Source: Antedon mediterranea
Lineage: Eukaryota; Animalia; Echinodermata
NCBI RefSeq assembly: GCF_964355755.1
Contig: NC_092675.1
Coordinates: 22,788,912 to 22,852,911 of the forward strand
Direction of reading: 5' to 3'
Length of the DNA stretch: 64,000 nucleotides
The notes below the pieces were generated by a model, which saw only the letters and a program-made list of their open reading frames with translations, was not told where the DNA came from and ran no database searches. The number at the start of each line of letters is the position of its first letter. Within the stretch, counting starts at the first letter, position 1. The position numbers were made by a program, and so were the translations under genes. Positions 62,739-64,000 of this stretch are shown here, piece after piece.

Positions 62739-64000
62739 GGTCGTTCCCACAGATGGTTCTCGAATACACAGTAATTTCAGCATAACAAAACTGGCGATTT
62801 CAAATGTACGTACCGCAGGACTATAGGCCTATACATTGTCGTTTACAGAAACAAATAAATAGACACGATGATTTATGTAGTCAACTAAAATTAGCACCCT
62901 GGGAATTACTTCCGAAGGAGAAACTTATCACAAAATGAGTCCAAGTTTTTGATTTGGACTCATTTAAAGAAACCCAATTTGTGTTTTGTATGTAACATTA
63001 GGGTTGAGGGATGGGAAAGCGGATAGGTACAAAGAGGAACAATTTTTAAATATATTCTTTATCCACCCAGTAACAAAATATTTTTTTCATGTTTTATAGG
63101 CCTATAAATAATATACCTCTAAATACAGTAAAACATTTGCGATTTAATACTTTTTTTATTTTATTTATTTATTTATTTCTTTTAAATATTCATTGTACAC
63201 TAATTTTCCCCGTGTATGGCAAGAGATTCCTAATTATATTAGAGAACATTCTTTATTTAGTTTAGTTAAAACTGTCACTGTCATAATCGATTGAAATATT
63301 AAAGTACCATGTCACGATACACCACTACGACGTTTATATTTGGTAATTATTAATTAATACAAACGTTGAGAAAGAACTGTCAGTATAAAGTTTATTTGTA
63401 TATAATAATGTGTTTATATATCTAACAGTAGAGCCTATCCACAATCTCGCAAGTTTATTCTCAAAGGGCCCATATATTTACCTACCGTATGTGTTAAACC
63501 AAGGGCTCATAAATTTACCTACAGTACTTGTGTTAAACCAAACTCTGGCAGACTGAGAGATTGGGATGTTCCATTCATCGCAAATCAATAGATTTGTATA
63601 ATCGTATATTAAATCTATCAAAATAGTATTTTTTAAAGAAAATCGGCCTGTCTTCAACATTATGATGGTGTACTCTAGCTGTTCAACCGGTTTTCAGCTA
63701 TTAAAAACAATTATCGTAGGAGGAGATAGGAAAATGCGAAGCCTCCTCGCATTTTTGTGGCGGGTATTTTTCAAGACGGACATCCATTATACAGTGTATA
63801 CCACGGTCGGAAAACACCCCTATTTGGGGCAAATCTTGGAACCTAAATTCGTTTTAACCGTCAATAACTTATTATCTAACTTAATTTAATTAGTAAACAG
63901 GGTTACATCAGGTGGTTAAAATCAGTACCGAAAGTACGAACCAACTTTATATACCATCGAGTAAAAATTATAGAAGTAAGGCGCGATTTACCGAATTTTG

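Overview
AT-rich eukaryotic genomic DNA from an invertebrate, most likely a marine deuterostome such as an echinoderm (inferred from an apextrin-type gene and a Deu-domain-like SINE). The first ~11.7 kb is a tandem array of about 50 units of ~220 bp, each carrying a minus-strand tRNA-Pro gene (mostly TGG) with an oligo-T Pol III terminator. The array shows higher-order duplications, two anticodon-switched AGG copies and many decayed copies. Downstream lie a 7-exon DCTN3 gene whose last intron is U12-type, an intronless LARP6 CDS, a 7-coding-exon secreted MACPF + ApeC (apextrin-like) gene on the minus strand, and the last exon of a kisspeptin/galanin/allatostatin-A-type GPCR. Non-coding DNA holds P-element-like MITEs with 7-bp TSDs, Tc1/pogo- and Harbinger-like MITEs, Helentron-type non-autonomous elements, SINEs and a Rex1-like LINE fragment. 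TAGGCCTA and TACAGTA/TACTGTA words are strikingly over-represented. Exon models were read by hand and counts were made by eye. No prokaryotic-type system (CRISPR etc.) is present.
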